A DNA stretch of 64,000 bases from Patescibacteria group bacterium (GCA_041664365.1 JBAYKW010000002.1:85961-149960); one strand, 5' to 3'; positions 52,907 through 64,000 are shown, counted from the stretch's first letter. The notes: a model not told the origin generated them from the sequence alone. Program-made: numbers and translations.

Positions 52907-55900
52907 ATGTCCGAATTTTCGGGTAAAAATAAAAGAAAATCAAAAACCAAAAAGAAACTCGTGTTTCTGATTGCTAGAAAATCGAAAAAGAAACCACAAA
53001 GGAGTAAGTCTTGGGGTATGTTAAATAAAGAAAAAAAGCATGCCTTTTTTGTTAGAAAAAAGAAAAAGGATCAAACAGCGGATTGGAAAAAATTATACCA
53101 AAAGAAATCATTTCAATTGGCGACGATTATATCAGTAGCGGTTCTGGCTGGAGCATACTGGATCTACCATGTTGTTGTGATCAATGCTGTCGCGGCAACT
53201 TATACTATTGATACAAAAGCAGAATGGGAAGCGGGCGAATTTTATCCGAATACAGTTGATACAACATCGAGCGCCAATCAGATCAAGATTAATGACGGCG
53301 GTGGCGGAACCTGGGATGGAGATACGGCCGGTTATTTAACAGATACTGCCGGCTATGACTATTGGACATATGACGGACCTTCCTACGGAGCGGATCTGAC
53401 CACTGATGGAACATATATATACCAGATTGTCGGTAACAGAAGGCCATATCTTTTTCGCTACAATCCTGAGACCAATACCTGGAAGCAACTGGCAAATGCA
53501 CCGACCGCATTTTACTATGGCGGTTCGATAACTTATGATGCTTATACTAAATCTCTCTTCGCGATTGACGGCGGTGAACAAAATGAAACGGAACAGGCAA
53601 CCAAACATGTTTATCGTTATGATATTGCCTCGGACACCTGGACAAAAGTAACTGATGCTCCTGACACCTGGGGACTTGGCTCATCTATTGCGTCCAATGG
53701 TACTGGGAAGCTGTACGCAGTGCGCGGAAGGAATACCGATGAATTATGGGAGTATGATATTAATGATCAAAATTATGATACGGGAATATGGGATCAGAAT
53801 TACTCCCAGTTGCCAACCCCGTATTTTGTCTATACGACAAACGGGCAGGCATTGGAGTTTGTTAATGAGGAATATGACGGAAAATGTACTCAAGGATGTT
53901 TATTTACATTGTATGGCAACGGAAACAGAAATTTTTTCCGTTTTGATATCGCGGAAAAAACCTGGTACCACAATTCACCAACCGATCTGACGATCCCGGT
54001 TGCACTGGGTGGGGTGAACTACGGTTCATCATTCGCTTATGACAATGACCGGGGTAATTTATTTTTACTGCATGGCGCTACTCAGTATCCTGCCAATACC
54101 ATTGCTGATAATTTTTCCAAATATGATGTATCGGGTGAAATATGGGATGTAGCGGATACTACCACTCCGGACGCTCCGGGATGGGTGACATATGGGGGGT
54201 CCTCTGTTTATCTGGATGATTTTGTTTATTCGCAGCAGGGGTATAATGGAACCCGTCCGGGACTCTGGAAGTTTGACGTCATCAATAATCGCTGGGATTC
54301 TATATCCACTCCGGACAAGGCCAATGCGGCAGTTCCGGCACTCGGACAAGGATCAACCGGCAATGGCGGAGAAAACGGGCATGTTTTGTATGTACCGAGC
54401 GGGACATATTGCGCGGATGCGGATGGTTGTCTATTTGTTTTTCGCGGAGCAAATTCTACTAGTTTTTGGAGGCGTAATATTGCTGCCAGAACCTGGACTT
54501 CCGATCTGTCGGTTACAAATTTTGGCGCACTGCAACAGGGATCATCTATGTGTTATAACGGCGCTAACCGGATATATGCACTGCATGGTGAAAGTTCACT
54601 GGCATTTTATCAGTATGAAATAAATAGCGAAGATCCTGACACTACTAATACATGGGAGGTATTGACCAGTATGCCGTCGGACCATACGGATGCGGATGAC
54701 TACCCGGATGCCGCTGCCAATGCTTCATATGGTAGTTCTATTACCTGCATGGGTACTACGGTCTATGCCTTAAAGGGTGCAGCATCCGCTGCGGGAAGTA
54801 ATCACTTCTTCAGTTATAACGGTGCTGCTTGGACTCATCTGGAACCATTGCCGCAAAGAGTGTATGCCGGTGCTGCACTTGTAAACGTTCCCTATAATGC
54901 CGGACATCCGGAGTGGTGCGCGGATACTAGCGGATGTGTTTATGCATTTACCGGGAATTTAAGAGGGGATTGGTACAGGTACAATGTCAGTGCAAATACC
55001 TGGACCGCTTTAACTGGCGACAATCTGCCGACAGCCACAATTAATACCGCATCTTTATCCTATGACGGCCAAGGTAATATTTATGCCACGGATGGAAACT
55101 TTGATACTAGAATGTGGAAATACGATATTAATGGTGATGATGGCACATGGTATCAGATTGCGGATTTGCCGGCGCGAGTTGGTTATAATAATGCCTTGGC
55201 TTATGACAGTGTTCACAATAAGATGTATTTCCAGCAGGGTATGGGCACAACTACGATCAGTAGTTTTACCCCGACCGCTAATGCCTACATTGCTTCTGCA
55301 GATTGGATTTCAGAACCGATTGATCTTGGGTTTGTAAACACGTTCACCAGTTTGGTTTCATCAGCGACAACCCCGGGTACTACTAGTGTCGCATTTCAAA
55401 CCAGAACATCTTCGGATAAAGTCAGCTGGTCCGACTGGGCAAATATCGGGGGCGGTGACACGATTCAATCTGATGAAGCACAATATATCCAGGTTAAAGC
55501 AGCTTTAACTTCAGATGGTGTTAATACCCCAACCCTGACCAGTATTACGATAAATTACGATAAGGACGGTACTTCGCCGACAAACCCCTCTGTGAGTGGC
55601 TATGCAGATAGTTTAAAAGCGACCACGCTGACTTCCGGATATGCCAACGGGTATCACTATACTAATCCGTACTTTGAATGGACAGCGCCGACTGATGATT
55701 CCGGGATTGCCGGTTATTATGTCGCCTGGACAACCAATAGTGCTTTTAATCCATCGGACGATGAGGATTATTTTCAAACCGGAACATCATTTGAAGTAAA
55801 TACTGACATGGTCACTGCCGCTCCCGGACCGAATTATTATTTACGAATTCAGGTGAAAGACAATTCCGGCAACACGGCTGCAACCACGACAGCGTTTACT

Positions 55901-58900
55901 TACACATATACTGGTATTGCTTCAGCAACTGAAACAATATGGGATGACCAGGCTGAATTTTCACTTGGTACGGACAGCAATATTAATACCGCAGCGAACG
56001 GCAATTTAGACATGACTCTGGATGCAATCAGTCCTGGTACCTGGATGGATCTGCCGGCAGTCGGGACTAATGCATTGGGCGGATTGACGATGTATAATGA
56101 CACATCGCTTGCCTGGGACGGTAACGATACAGTTTATGTTTTGCGTTCAATCAACACACAAACATTTTTGAAATATACTATATCCACAAAAACATGGACT
56201 GCTTTAGCTAATACCGGTGCCAATGCATATACAGGTTCAGCGATTGTATACGTTCCGGACGGAATCAGTAGTGGTTGTACGGATGACGGCGGTTGTATTT
56301 TTGCCACCATGGGTAATGGAACCGGATTTCGGCGTTATGATATTTTGGCAAATACTTGGACTGGGCTAACGGTAGTGCCATTATCAGTTGGCTATGGAGG
56401 GGGGCTAATCTGGACAGGGGGAGATTATATTTTTGCTTCCCGTGGCGCCGGACAAGTTAATTTTTACCGCTACTCAATCTCAGCAGGCACGTGGTCCGAT
56501 CCGGCGGCGGCTGATCCGGATATTGCATTCAACTATGGTGCTTCTTATTCTTATGTTCCTAATGGCGATTACTGTCTTGATCTTCAAGGTTGTATCTTTG
56601 CTACACGTGGTGGCGGATCCAACCATTTTTGGCGCTATGATATTCAAAACGGGGCTTGGACATTTTTAACCGCCGTGCCTTCCTCAGCACCTTCCAAGAC
56701 GAATTATGGCGCAACTATGACATTTGATAATGGCTATTTGTACTATGTTGGCGGTACCTATACAACAGATTTTCTGAAGTACGATATTATCAATGATTTG
56801 TGGAGCAATATGCCGGATCTGCCTGCAACACACAATTATGGTTCTACAAATGGGATGGTGTATGACACAACGAGTGATATTATCTATATCATGCGAAGTT
56901 ATAATGAATACAGCTTCCTAAGCTTTGATGTATTAGAAAATGAATGGCGCAATCCAACCATGCCACATGGCGGTTCCAGCAATGGATTCTACTATGGTGG
57001 TGTGGCTTATGACGGTAATGATACTTTATATATTACGCGAGGTAATCCAGGAGCGACTGCTGATTTCTATAAATATACCATCTCAACTAAAGCATGGCAG
57101 AGAATGATGGATGTGCCGATGCGTATGAATACCGGATCTGACCTGATTTATGTTGGCGGCAAAGTATACGCACTAACCGGTGCGCCGCCTTATGGTGAAG
57201 TTATATCCCGATTTTATGAATATGATCCCGCGACCAATATGTGGACGCGTAAGGGGGACACGCCGGCGGCAGTCGGTGATGGAGCGAAGTTGGTATTTGA
57301 CGGTAATAACACAATATATACCGCGCGTGGCGCTGGGCAGACGCAGTTTTATTCTTATAAAATTTCTGGCACATCCAGTGGAGCATGGACAACTCAAATT
57401 GAAGCTACGCCAGCGGCAATTAATCAAGGTGCCTGCGCAGTTTGGGATAGTGACGCGGCTGACAAGCTCTATATGATTCGCGGGTCAAACCAACGCGATA
57501 TTTATTATTGTAATTTATCAACTGACGTAAATGGAGTAGGGACTTGCGACTGGCAGTTGGACACGCTGACCGACATTACACTTGGCTATGCTGCTCAATT
57601 TGGTAATGCCTGTACTTATGATAGTGGAAATATTTTTGTACCACGCGGTAATACAAATAATACCGATTTCCTGGTTTATGATATTGACGGCGCAGCCAAC
57701 GGCTCTTGGTCGGTCCGATCGCTCAATAATTTCTACTATGGTGGTCGTCTGATTACCGGTCCGGATAATATTCTTTACGGATTCCGCGGTTATAACACAT
57801 CTACTATGGACCGCTATGTTCAGCAGACTGCCACGACCAGTTTTCAAAGAACCGGTACCTGGACTTCACAAATCGTCAGCGTACCTAGTATTTATAGTTT
57901 CGGTGGATTGACCGTTAATGACACTGTCGCAGAAAATACTTCACTTATTTATCAAACACGCACCTGTTCCAACAGCGGTTGTTCAGCAGATGAAGGTAAT
58001 GTTAACTGGTCTACATGGACGGATGTTTCCAATGCTCAGATCAGCGGAACAACTGACCATTATACTATCGAATCAACTCCAGCTCAATATATTCAGGTTA
58101 GAGCTACCTTCAATTCAGATCGGGTCTATACGCCAACGGTCAATGATTTCAGCATCAGCTATTACACGGATGGGGTAGATCCGAATAACCCGGCAGTTCC
58201 GGTGAATGGGTATACCAACAACAGTAAAACAACCGGAATTACCAATAATACTTGGACGAATGACTCGACACCTTATTTTGAGTGGACTTCGTCTGATAAT
58301 GTCGGAGGGATTGGAATTGAAGGTTATTATGTTTACTTTGGGACAGATATTACAAAAGATCCTGTTGACAATGCTAGCGACCCGACAAATTTAGCTTATA
58401 ATAGTGGAACAAATTATTATAATGTTGCCTCTGACCATATAACCGGTTCATGGAATGCCGCTACGCAAAGCAGTGCTGCGATTACAAATGGAAATTATTA
58501 CTTAAGAATAAAAACAAAAGATATCAACGGCAATATCACTGACAGTGCAGTAGATGGATTTACATTCTTAATTGATAATAGTCTACCGAATAACATTACG
58601 GATTTGTCTGTTGGAACTTATATGTCTTCAGCTGACGATTTTGATTTTACCTGGACTAATGTTAATGATGAGGGATCATCCGGCATTGCCCAGTATTGCT
58701 ATCATACCGGCAGCTCAGGTGATACATGTGTCAATGATGAAACAATCTGCAGTGGCGGAACATGTACGCTTAGTAATGTCCCGCACTATCAGACCCGTGT
58801 AAATACTTTTTATGTCCGTGCGCGAGATACAGCTAATAATGATGCTGCGAGCTATGCATCTACCGGTTATTTTTATACCGGAGGTCCGCCAAATGCACCG

Positions 58901-61771
58901 GCATCAATAACAGTTGATCCGCTTGCGCAGGTGGATAATAATACGTTTTCCATTTCTTGGGAGTTGCCAACAACCTGTTTGGGCGCGACACCATGTGCTG
59001 CTAGCGATATTTTACAATACTGCTATACCATAAATGAAGAACCAAGTGCAGAGACTTGCGGTGCAAATTATAGCGGTAGCCCGACACCGTCATCGGATGG
59101 GGGGTGGACTACCACAACCCAGTCGGCTAGCCGTGTCTTGCCATCATTCTCGGCAGCGACTTTGCAGGGAGAAAATACAATATATGTCGTAGCAATGGAT
59201 GTAGTCAGTAATATTGATTATTCCAGCCGTCAGACTGCAACTTATGATTTTACTTCTAATGCACCGGGTGTACCAGCCAGTCTACAGGCCAGTGATACAT
59301 CCGACCGCGCAACCAATAAGTATTCGGTCGTGTTAACCTGGGATGAACCTTCGGATGTTGGGAGCGGAGTGGAATCCTATAAAGTTTACCGGTGCGAAGC
59401 GGACTGTGAAAACCCGTCAACAACTGATGATCCCCCTGCTAATTACACAAACATTGCTGAAGTAAATACACTGGGCTATCTTGACACCAGTCTGGATAAC
59501 ACAATTACCTACTCATATTTTGCGCGTTCAACCGGTACCGGCGGAACGCAGTCCGGTAACTCGGCTGTTGTGGCAATCAAACCGGAAGGTAAGTTTAAAT
59601 TTGCTCCGACTATAAGCGGTTTGCCGACCGCAACCGCCTATATCCGTTCGGCGACAGTTGAATGGCTGACTTTAAATGATCAGGATCAATACGGCAATAT
59701 CATTGAACATCCGGCCACATCTTTTGTGGAATACGGTACGTCCGCTGCATATGGTGATGAGGATGGCGATTCGGTACTAACCACTGACCATGCTGTGACC
59801 CTGGTAAATCTGACACCTGATACCACCTACCATTACCGCTGCCGATGGCAGGATCAGGACGGCAATATCGGTTATTCTACTGATTTTACATTTACCACCA
59901 AAGGGGCGCCATCCGCACCAATCAATTTGTTAGTGACCCCGGAGTCTAATACGACGAATAGCTTTACATTTACATGGGATGCTCCGACTGATGAAGGTGT
60001 AACAGTTGCAGGTTACTATTATTCTATCAATACGATTCCGAATGAGTCGAACTCTACGAATACGGTTGCAAGGAGTGTCGGTCCGATTGATGCCGCGACA
60101 CAGCAGGGTGCAAATACATTTTACGTAGTGGCGATTGATGATGGTGGGAATATTAATTATGCCAACTATGCTTCAGTAGATTTCGAAGCATACACCACAC
60201 CGCCAAGTTCACCGCAGGCGATTACCATAACTGACTCTTCGGACCGGGATGCTTCCCGTTACTCTATTACAAACACCTGGGATCCTCCCGAAGGTTATGC
60301 GATTGGCGATGAAATTTATTATACGATTTACCGCAAAGATGCAACTTCTACAGCACAGTCTGATGATGTAAATAAACAGGCGGATGAATTGGATGGTTAT
60401 GAAGAAATCGCCACTATCACCTCAACCGGGTATTTGGATACAGGTCTCGATAATTCAACAGAATATTTTTATCAAGTAACAGCACGTGATAAAGCCCAGG
60501 CTACTTCCGAGCCGACACAGGTTGTTTCTGAAATTCCTGAAGGACGGTTCACTCAGCCAGCTGCGATTACTGAAGCGCCTAGTGTTACTCCAGACTCTTT
60601 CTCTGCATTAGTGACATGGCGTACCGAACGTATCACCACTTCGTTTGTGGAATATGGGACAAGCGCGTCTAACTTAACCGAAGAACAGGGGACTTCCGAT
60701 CAGGTTGAAAGTCACGAAGTTAAGGTAACTGGTTTAAAACCGGAAACCAAATACTATTTCCGGATAAAGAGTATTGATAATGATGAGAATGTGGCCTATT
60801 CAGAAGTTGATGATTTTACAACACTGGAAGCTCCGCGCGTTTTGGATGTAACGGTGTCCGATGTCAAACTTTACGACGCAATCATTCAGTGGAATACCAA
60901 TAAAGAAGTAACTTCTGTAGTTCAATATGGTACGACCACCGATTATGGGCTTTCTTATACCGACATATCTGGCTCCTTCGCGCTCACTCATACGATTAAA
61001 CTGGAAGGACTTTCGGACAGTACGACATATAATATCAGGATCGGCGGAGTGGACCGGAACGGCAATCCTGTCACTTCCGATAATTACACATTCAGCACGC
61101 TGACATTCCCAACCGTCCTTGATGTTTCGTATGAAAATCAATCAGAGGGCCAAACGGAAATATTTTGGACAACGAACGTACCGACAACATCTGAGGTAGA
61201 ATATTATTCAGAAAAAATTCCGCCGAAGACACAGGGAAACACGGCGCAGGTTACGGAACATAAAATTCTGCTGTTCGGACTGGAAGATGCTACCCTCTAT
61301 AATTTTAAAGTAAGAGGTTCTGATGTATTCGGTTATGAGGCTATTTCAGATGAAAGGGAGTTCACAACACTTGAGGATACGACACCGCCGACAATCAGCG
61401 GAGTGAAATCAGAATCAAATACGATCGGAGCGGGTGAAGATTCAAAAGTACAGATTATTATTTCGTGGAAAACTGACGAGCCGACAACTTCCCAGGTCGA
61501 TTACGGTGTCGGGCTTTCCGGCGCAGATTACACGGATCAAACCGAAGAGAATGCCGAATTGGTTATGGACCATCTCGCGGTAGTCAGCGGGTTGTCCCCG
61601 GCTAAAACATACCACTTTAGAGCGGTATCTTCTGACAAAGCGGGGAATCAGACCAAGTCAGGATCTTATACTGTATTAACTTCGCGAAAACGAGAGTCTT
61701 TCCTACAACTGATCATATCTAATTTAGAAGAAACCTTCTCCTGGATCGGAAGATTGGGCGGTACTTTCTAG
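52907..61771 (+). CDS. Giant (about 2954 aa) cell-surface protein with an N-terminal TM anchor, Kelch-type beta-propeller repeats and multiple fibronectin-III / PAP-N-like domains.
   Basis: Basic N-terminus, then TM LATIISVAVLAGAYWIYHVVVINAVAA. Dozens of W/Y-rich approximately 50-aa repeats (NTWT, GG.Y.YD...LY..GG) are Kelch-like. The C-terminal half has repeated FN3-like units of the TSFVEYGTS....HAVTLVNLTPDTTYHYR type. The alternative start at 52850 would add 19 aa. Confidence 0.7.
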   Translation: MSEFSGKNKRKSKTKKKLVFLIARKSKKKPQRSKSWGMLNKEKKHAFFVRKKKKDQTADWKKLYQKKSFQLATIISVAVLAGAYWIYHVVVINAVAATYTIDTKAEWEAGEFYPNTVDTTSSANQIKINDGGGGTWDGDTAGYLTDTAGYDYWTYDGPSYGADLTTDGTYIYQIVGNRRPYLFRYNPETNTWKQLANAPTAFYYGGSITYDAYTKSLFAIDGGEQNETEQATKHVYRYDIASDTWTKVTDAPDTWGLGSSIASNGTGKLYAVRGRNTDELWEYDINDQNYDTGIWDQNYSQLPTPYFVYTTNGQALEFVNEEYDGKCTQGCLFTLYGNGNRNFFRFDIAEKTWYHNSPTDLTIPVALGGVNYGSSFAYDNDRGNLFLLHGATQYPANTIADNFSKYDVSGEIWDVADTTTPDAPGWVTYGGSSVYLDDFVYSQQGYNGTRPGLWKFDVINNRWDSISTPDKANAAVPALGQGSTGNGGENGHVLYVPSGTYCADADGCLFVFRGANSTSFWRRNIAARTWTSDLSVTNFGALQQGSSMCYNGANRIYALHGESSLAFYQYEINSEDPDTTNTWEVLTSMPSDHTDADDYPDAAANASYGSSITCMGTTVYALKGAASAAGSNHFFSYNGAAWTHLEPLPQRVYAGAALVNVPYNAGHPEWCADTSGCVYAFTGNLRGDWYRYNVSANTWTALTGDNLPTATINTASLSYDGQGNIYATDGNFDTRMWKYDINGDDGTWYQIADLPARVGYNNALAYDSVHNKMYFQQGMGTTTISSFTPTANAYIASADWISEPIDLGFVNTFTSLVSSATTPGTTSVAFQTRTSSDKVSWSDWANIGGGDTIQSDEAQYIQVKAALTSDGVNTPTLTSITINYDKDGTSPTNPSVSGYADSLKATTLTSGYANGYHYTNPYFEWTAPTDDSGIAGYYVAWTTNSAFNPSDDEDYFQTGTSFEVNTDMVTAAPGPNYYLRIQVKDNSGNTAATTTAFTYTYTGIASATETIWDDQAEFSLGTDSNINTAANGNLDMTLDAISPGTWMDLPAVGTNALGGLTMYNDTSLAWDGNDTVYVLRSINTQTFLKYTISTKTWTALANTGANAYTGSAIVYVPDGISSGCTDDGGCIFATMGNGTGFRRYDILANTWTGLTVVPLSVGYGGGLIWTGGDYIFASRGAGQVNFYRYSISAGTWSDPAAADPDIAFNYGASYSYVPNGDYCLDLQGCIFATRGGGSNHFWRYDIQNGAWTFLTAVPSSAPSKTNYGATMTFDNGYLYYVGGTYTTDFLKYDIINDLWSNMPDLPATHNYGSTNGMVYDTTSDIIYIMRSYNEYSFLSFDVLENEWRNPTMPHGGSSNGFYYGGVAYDGNDTLYITRGNPGATADFYKYTISTKAWQRMMDVPMRMNTGSDLIYVGGKVYALTGAPPYGEVISRFYEYDPATNMWTRKGDTPAAVGDGAKLVFDGNNTIYTARGAGQTQFYSYKISGTSSGAWTTQIEATPAAINQGACAVWDSDAADKLYMIRGSNQRDIYYCNLSTDVNGVGTCDWQLDTLTDITLGYAAQFGNACTYDSGNIFVPRGNTNNTDFLVYDIDGAANGSWSVRSLNNFYYGGRLITGPDNILYGFRGYNTSTMDRYVQQTATTSFQRTGTWTSQIVSVPSIYSFGGLTVNDTVAENTSLIYQTRTCSNSGCSADEGNVNWSTWTDVSNAQISGTTDHYTIESTPAQYIQVRATFNSDRVYTPTVNDFSISYYTDGVDPNNPAVPVNGYTNNSKTTGITNNTWTNDSTPYFEWTSSDNVGGIGIEGYYVYFGTDITKDPVDNASDPTNLAYNSGTNYYNVASDHITGSWNAATQSSAAITNGNYYLRIKTKDINGNITDSAVDGFTFLIDNSLPNNITDLSVGTYMSSADDFDFTWTNVNDEGSSGIAQYCYHTGSSGDTCVNDETICSGGTCTLSNVPHYQTRVNTFYVRARDTANNDAASYASTGYFYTGGPPNAPASITVDPLAQVDNNTFSISWELPTTCLGATPCAASDILQYCYTINEEPSAETCGANYSGSPTPSSDGGWTTTTQSASRVLPSFSAATLQGENTIYVVAMDVVSNIDYSSRQTATYDFTSNAPGVPASLQASDTSDRATNKYSVVLTWDEPSDVGSGVESYKVYRCEADCENPSTTDDPPANYTNIAEVNTLGYLDTSLDNTITYSYFARSTGTGGTQSGNSAVVAIKPEGKFKFAPTISGLPTATAYIRSATVEWLTLNDQDQYGNIIEHPATSFVEYGTSAAYGDEDGDSVLTTDHAVTLVNLTPDTTYHYRCRWQDQDGNIGYSTDFTFTTKGAPSAPINLLVTPESNTTNSFTFTWDAPTDEGVTVAGYYYSINTIPNESNSTNTVARSVGPIDAATQQGANTFYVVAIDDGGNINYANYASVDFEAYTTPPSSPQAITITDSSDRDASRYSITNTWDPPEGYAIGDEIYYTIYRKDATSTAQSDDVNKQADELDGYEEIATITSTGYLDTGLDNSTEYFYQVTARDKAQATSEPTQVVSEIPEGRFTQPAAITEAPSVTPDSFSALVTWRTERITTSFVEYGTSASNLTEEQGTSDQVESHEVKVTGLKPETKYYFRIKSIDNDENVAYSEVDDFTTLEAPRVLDVTVSDVKLYDAIIQWNTNKEVTSVVQYGTTTDYGLSYTDISGSFALTHTIKLEGLSDSTTYNIRIGGVDRNGNPVTSDNYTFSTLTFPTVLDVSYENQSEGQTEIFWTTNVPTTSEVEYYSEKIPPKTQGNTAQVTEHKILLFGLEDATLYNFKVRGSDVFGYEAISDEREFTTLEDTTPPTISGVKSESNTIGAGEDSKVQIIISWKTDEPTTSQVDYGVGLSGADYTDQTEENAELVMDHLAVVSGLSPAKTYHFRAVSSDKAGNQTKSGSYTVLTSRKRESFLQLIISNLEETFSWIGRLGGTF

Positions 61772-61908
61772 CTTCGATTTAATATACAAAAATTAGCGAG
61801 CCCAAGCGAAAGCTAGTTGATACAACTGGGCTTTTGTTGTATAATAAATCCATAATAGTGGATAATTATTTCCGCAATCTTTTGCGTTTTATACGCACAA
61901 AATGCGTA

Positions 61909-64000
61909 ATGAAAAAAACAAAAGTAGCCAATAAAACAGCTAGAAAAGCAATAAAAAGGCGAAAAAGCTTCCTTCGTAAGTTAGCTTTTTTTCTTTTTCA
62001 GCAGAAAATTACAATTGCTAAATGGGAGTTGAATCTATTTGGTGTTTTGCTATTTGGATTTGGGTTAATAACTGGAGGGTATTTTGCTGTTACAAATTTT
62101 CTTACGGTATTTGCTGCACCGCTTCTGGCATCAGAATCTGTTTCAACCGATGAGGATTGGAATCAGGGTACGCTAGATGATGTGTCGGTAAGTTCCGGCT
62201 CAATTCAAATTAACGGCAGTGGCGGTGTCGGATGGCTTGCCGGATGGCAGTACCGACAGCCGGTTACGGTTACGAATGCAGGGGCGGTGCAAACAAACTA
62301 TCAGGTGAGATTAGCAATTACATATGACGCACAGATGCAGGCTGATTTTGACGATCTTCGCTTTACAAATTCTGGAGGCACTGCGCTTGATTATTGGTTA
62401 CAAACAAAAGTTGATAGTACTTCCGCAATTGTTTGGGTGGAAGTTGATTCTTTAGCCGGATCCGGTACGACAGTTATTAATATGTACTACGGCAATGCCG
62501 GTGTGTCATCTGGTTCAAACGGTACAAATACTTTTGCATTGTTTGATGATTTTGAAGATGGCAGTATCAACGTTGCAAAATGGACAGAAGTTGATCCGTC
62601 TTCAAAAATTTCTGAAAGTGGTGGAAAATTGCGTTTTATTTACGGAAGCGGCAGTGGCGCATGGAATGCTGGTGTCTATGGTGTCACAACATTTGCTCGT
62701 GGAGATTTAGTATTTGACTGGGATCAGCGTTGGACCAGTGACTATAGCCCGTATGATGCATTTATGTTCGGTTGGAAAGATAGTACTAGCAGTATTAGTT
62801 ATACGGAACTTGTTTATGGATATTACATACAAGGAGATGGATTCTGCACAACTAATTGCGCTGGAAATGTATATGAAGATGGTAGTCCTCGCGGAGCTGC
62901 CGGTACTTGGTCAAATAATACTGACTATAATCTCCGCGTAAGAATGCGCAGTACCGGTGGAGCATATTACGAAAAAAGTATTAACTATGGCGCTAGTTGG
63001 ACAACCGATTATACCAGTGCTTATTCAGTAGAAACAAATCTACGTCCGGCTTGGTCACATTATTCTGGTGATTATCTTATCGATAATGCCCGTGTCAGGA
63101 AATGGATGGCGACAGAACCTACTGCAGTTTTCGGTTCCGAAGAATCCGCCCTCCAGTCCCCGGGTACCTACACTTCCCATAATCTGGATTTGCAGTACAT
63201 CTACAAATGGGGAGACTGTTCCGGTGTGTGCATCGGAGCATCCACTGCGTTTACCACCAATGTAACAATCCCTGCAAACACTTCCGCTTTGTTTGAAGTA
63301 AGACACGGAGCTAACGGTTCATCCGGCTGGTCTGCTTGGACGACTATAGATACTTACACATCATCCGGAACCAAGACCAAAAACAGAACAGAGATGGTTG
63401 CACTAACGGGAGATATTACAAACAGATATCTGCAGACTAGAATTACCCTGACATCAACAGATGGAGTAGCTAATCCATCGGTGGCAGATTACCGATATGA
63501 CTTTACTACAGATGTTGACCCTCCTTCCAATATATCCGGTGCTTTAGCATACTCCGCAAGCGGTGGAGACTTATTAACTACAGATACCTGGTACAACCAC
63601 AGTGCCCCGTACTTTACTTTATCCGGCGCAGTAGATCCTGATTCTGGCATGACCGGCGGGTATTCCGGTTACTGGGTTTGTTTTGGTCTGGTTAATTGTG
63701 AGCCTACTGCCGGAACTTTTAGAACCACAGCAAATTACACTGCATCTTCTCTTTCCTCCGGAACTACATATTACTTAAGAGTCAAAGCAGTCGATGCAGT
63801 CGGCAATGTAGCAGATACTGCCTTCGACGCCTTCACTTACAAGTATGACGCCACCGACCCTGGTAATCCGTCCGGCATTTTGCCGAACCCGGCGGGCTTC
63901 ACCAATGATAACAGTTTCTCCTTTACCTGGAATGCCGGTACCGATGCTCATTCTTTAATCGATGAGTACTGCTACAAAACGGGTGCAGATGGAGCGGTAG
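61909..64000 (+). CDS. Second giant surface protein, 3' partial. Has an N-terminal TM helix, a DUF2341 domain, a LamG/ConA-like lectin domain and the same FN3-like repeat type as the upstream giant.
   Basis: Hand-translated frame, open from the ATG at 61909 to the window end; not in the supplied ORF track. GWQYRQPVTVTN...DFDDLRFTNSGGTALDYWLQ...AIVWVEVDSL..TTVINMYYGN is the DUF2341 signature. Later, YNHSAPYFTLSGAVDPDSGMTGGYSGYWV parallels repeats in the 52907 protein. Confidence 0.65.
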   Translation, partial: MKKTKVANKTARKAIKRRKSFLRKLAFFLFQQKITIAKWELNLFGVLLFGFGLITGGYFAVTNFLTVFAAPLLASESVSTDEDWNQGTLDDVSVSSGSIQINGSGGVGWLAGWQYRQPVTVTNAGAVQTNYQVRLAITYDAQMQADFDDLRFTNSGGTALDYWLQTKVDSTSAIVWVEVDSLAGSGTTVINMYYGNAGVSSGSNGTNTFALFDDFEDGSINVAKWTEVDPSSKISESGGKLRFIYGSGSGAWNAGVYGVTTFARGDLVFDWDQRWTSDYSPYDAFMFGWKDSTSSISYTELVYGYYIQGDGFCTTNCAGNVYEDGSPRGAAGTWSNNTDYNLRVRMRSTGGAYYEKSINYGASWTTDYTSAYSVETNLRPAWSHYSGDYLIDNARVRKWMATEPTAVFGSEESALQSPGTYTSHNLDLQYIYKWGDCSGVCIGASTAFTTNVTIPANTSALFEVRHGANGSSGWSAWTTIDTYTSSGTKTKNRTEMVALTGDITNRYLQTRITLTSTDGVANPSVADYRYDFTTDVDPPSNISGALAYSASGGDLLTTDTWYNHSAPYFTLSGAVDPDSGMTGGYSGYWVCFGLVNCEPTAGTFRTTANYTASSLSSGTTYYLRVKAVDAVGNVADTAFDAFTYKYDATDPGNPSGILPNPAGFTNDNSFSFTWNAGTDAHSLIDEYCYKTGADGAV

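Overview
This window looks like a fragment of an AT-rich, streamlined bacterial genome in the style of CPR/Patescibacteria (small genes, giant surface proteins, a group-3b NiFe hydrogenase, IS200/RAYT-like transposase); that taxonomic call is inference from gene content. Most of it is housekeeping. The ORFs resemble a ComEC competence channel (split into two genes), a phosphofructokinase whose GGDD motif suggests the PPi-dependent type, class II FBA, the infC-rpmI-rplT operon, smpB with an adjacent tmRNA candidate, argS, ileS, recO, tgt, tRNA-Asp, Lgt with three DsbA paralogs, and a CDP-alcohol phosphatidyltransferase. The accessory content, all read from the sequence here, is:
(1) A RAYT/IS200-like transposase gene with a family of twin-hairpin miniature repeats. 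One copy sits in-frame inside the transposase ORF and two bracket a LOG-family gene.
(2) Several short GC-rich islets in an otherwise AT-rich background. Each encodes signal-peptide proteins, and two of those proteins are paralogous.
(3) A roughly 3.2 kb segment bounded by about 250-bp imperfect inverted GC-rich repeats. It carries a class-II Fic protein, a DUF350-like membrane protein, a YHYH-like secreted protein and a GC-rich secreted protein.
(4) A fragmented sulfhydrogenase-type [NiFe] hydrogenase locus (hydB, hydG, hypC-like, hydD, hydA, hypA-like). Transporter, Ldh_2 and LOG genes are interleaved, the large subunit ends exactly at the DPCxxCxxH motif, and the HypA-like protein has no zinc finger.
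(5) A cluster of two small paralogous acidic helical proteins followed by a roughly 1600-aa acidic, repeat-containing protein of unknown function.
(6) Two consecutive giant cell-surface proteins: 2954 aa with Kelch/FN3-like repeats, then a DUF2341/LamG-like protein truncated by the window end.
(7) Tandem arrays of TGACGTCA-core palindromes upstream of argS and next to the transposase.
(8) A conserved 12-nt inverted repeat pair ending exactly at the start codons of two unrelated genes.
No CRISPR array or rRNA was seen. All protein calls rest on motif recognition by eye. No database searches were run.
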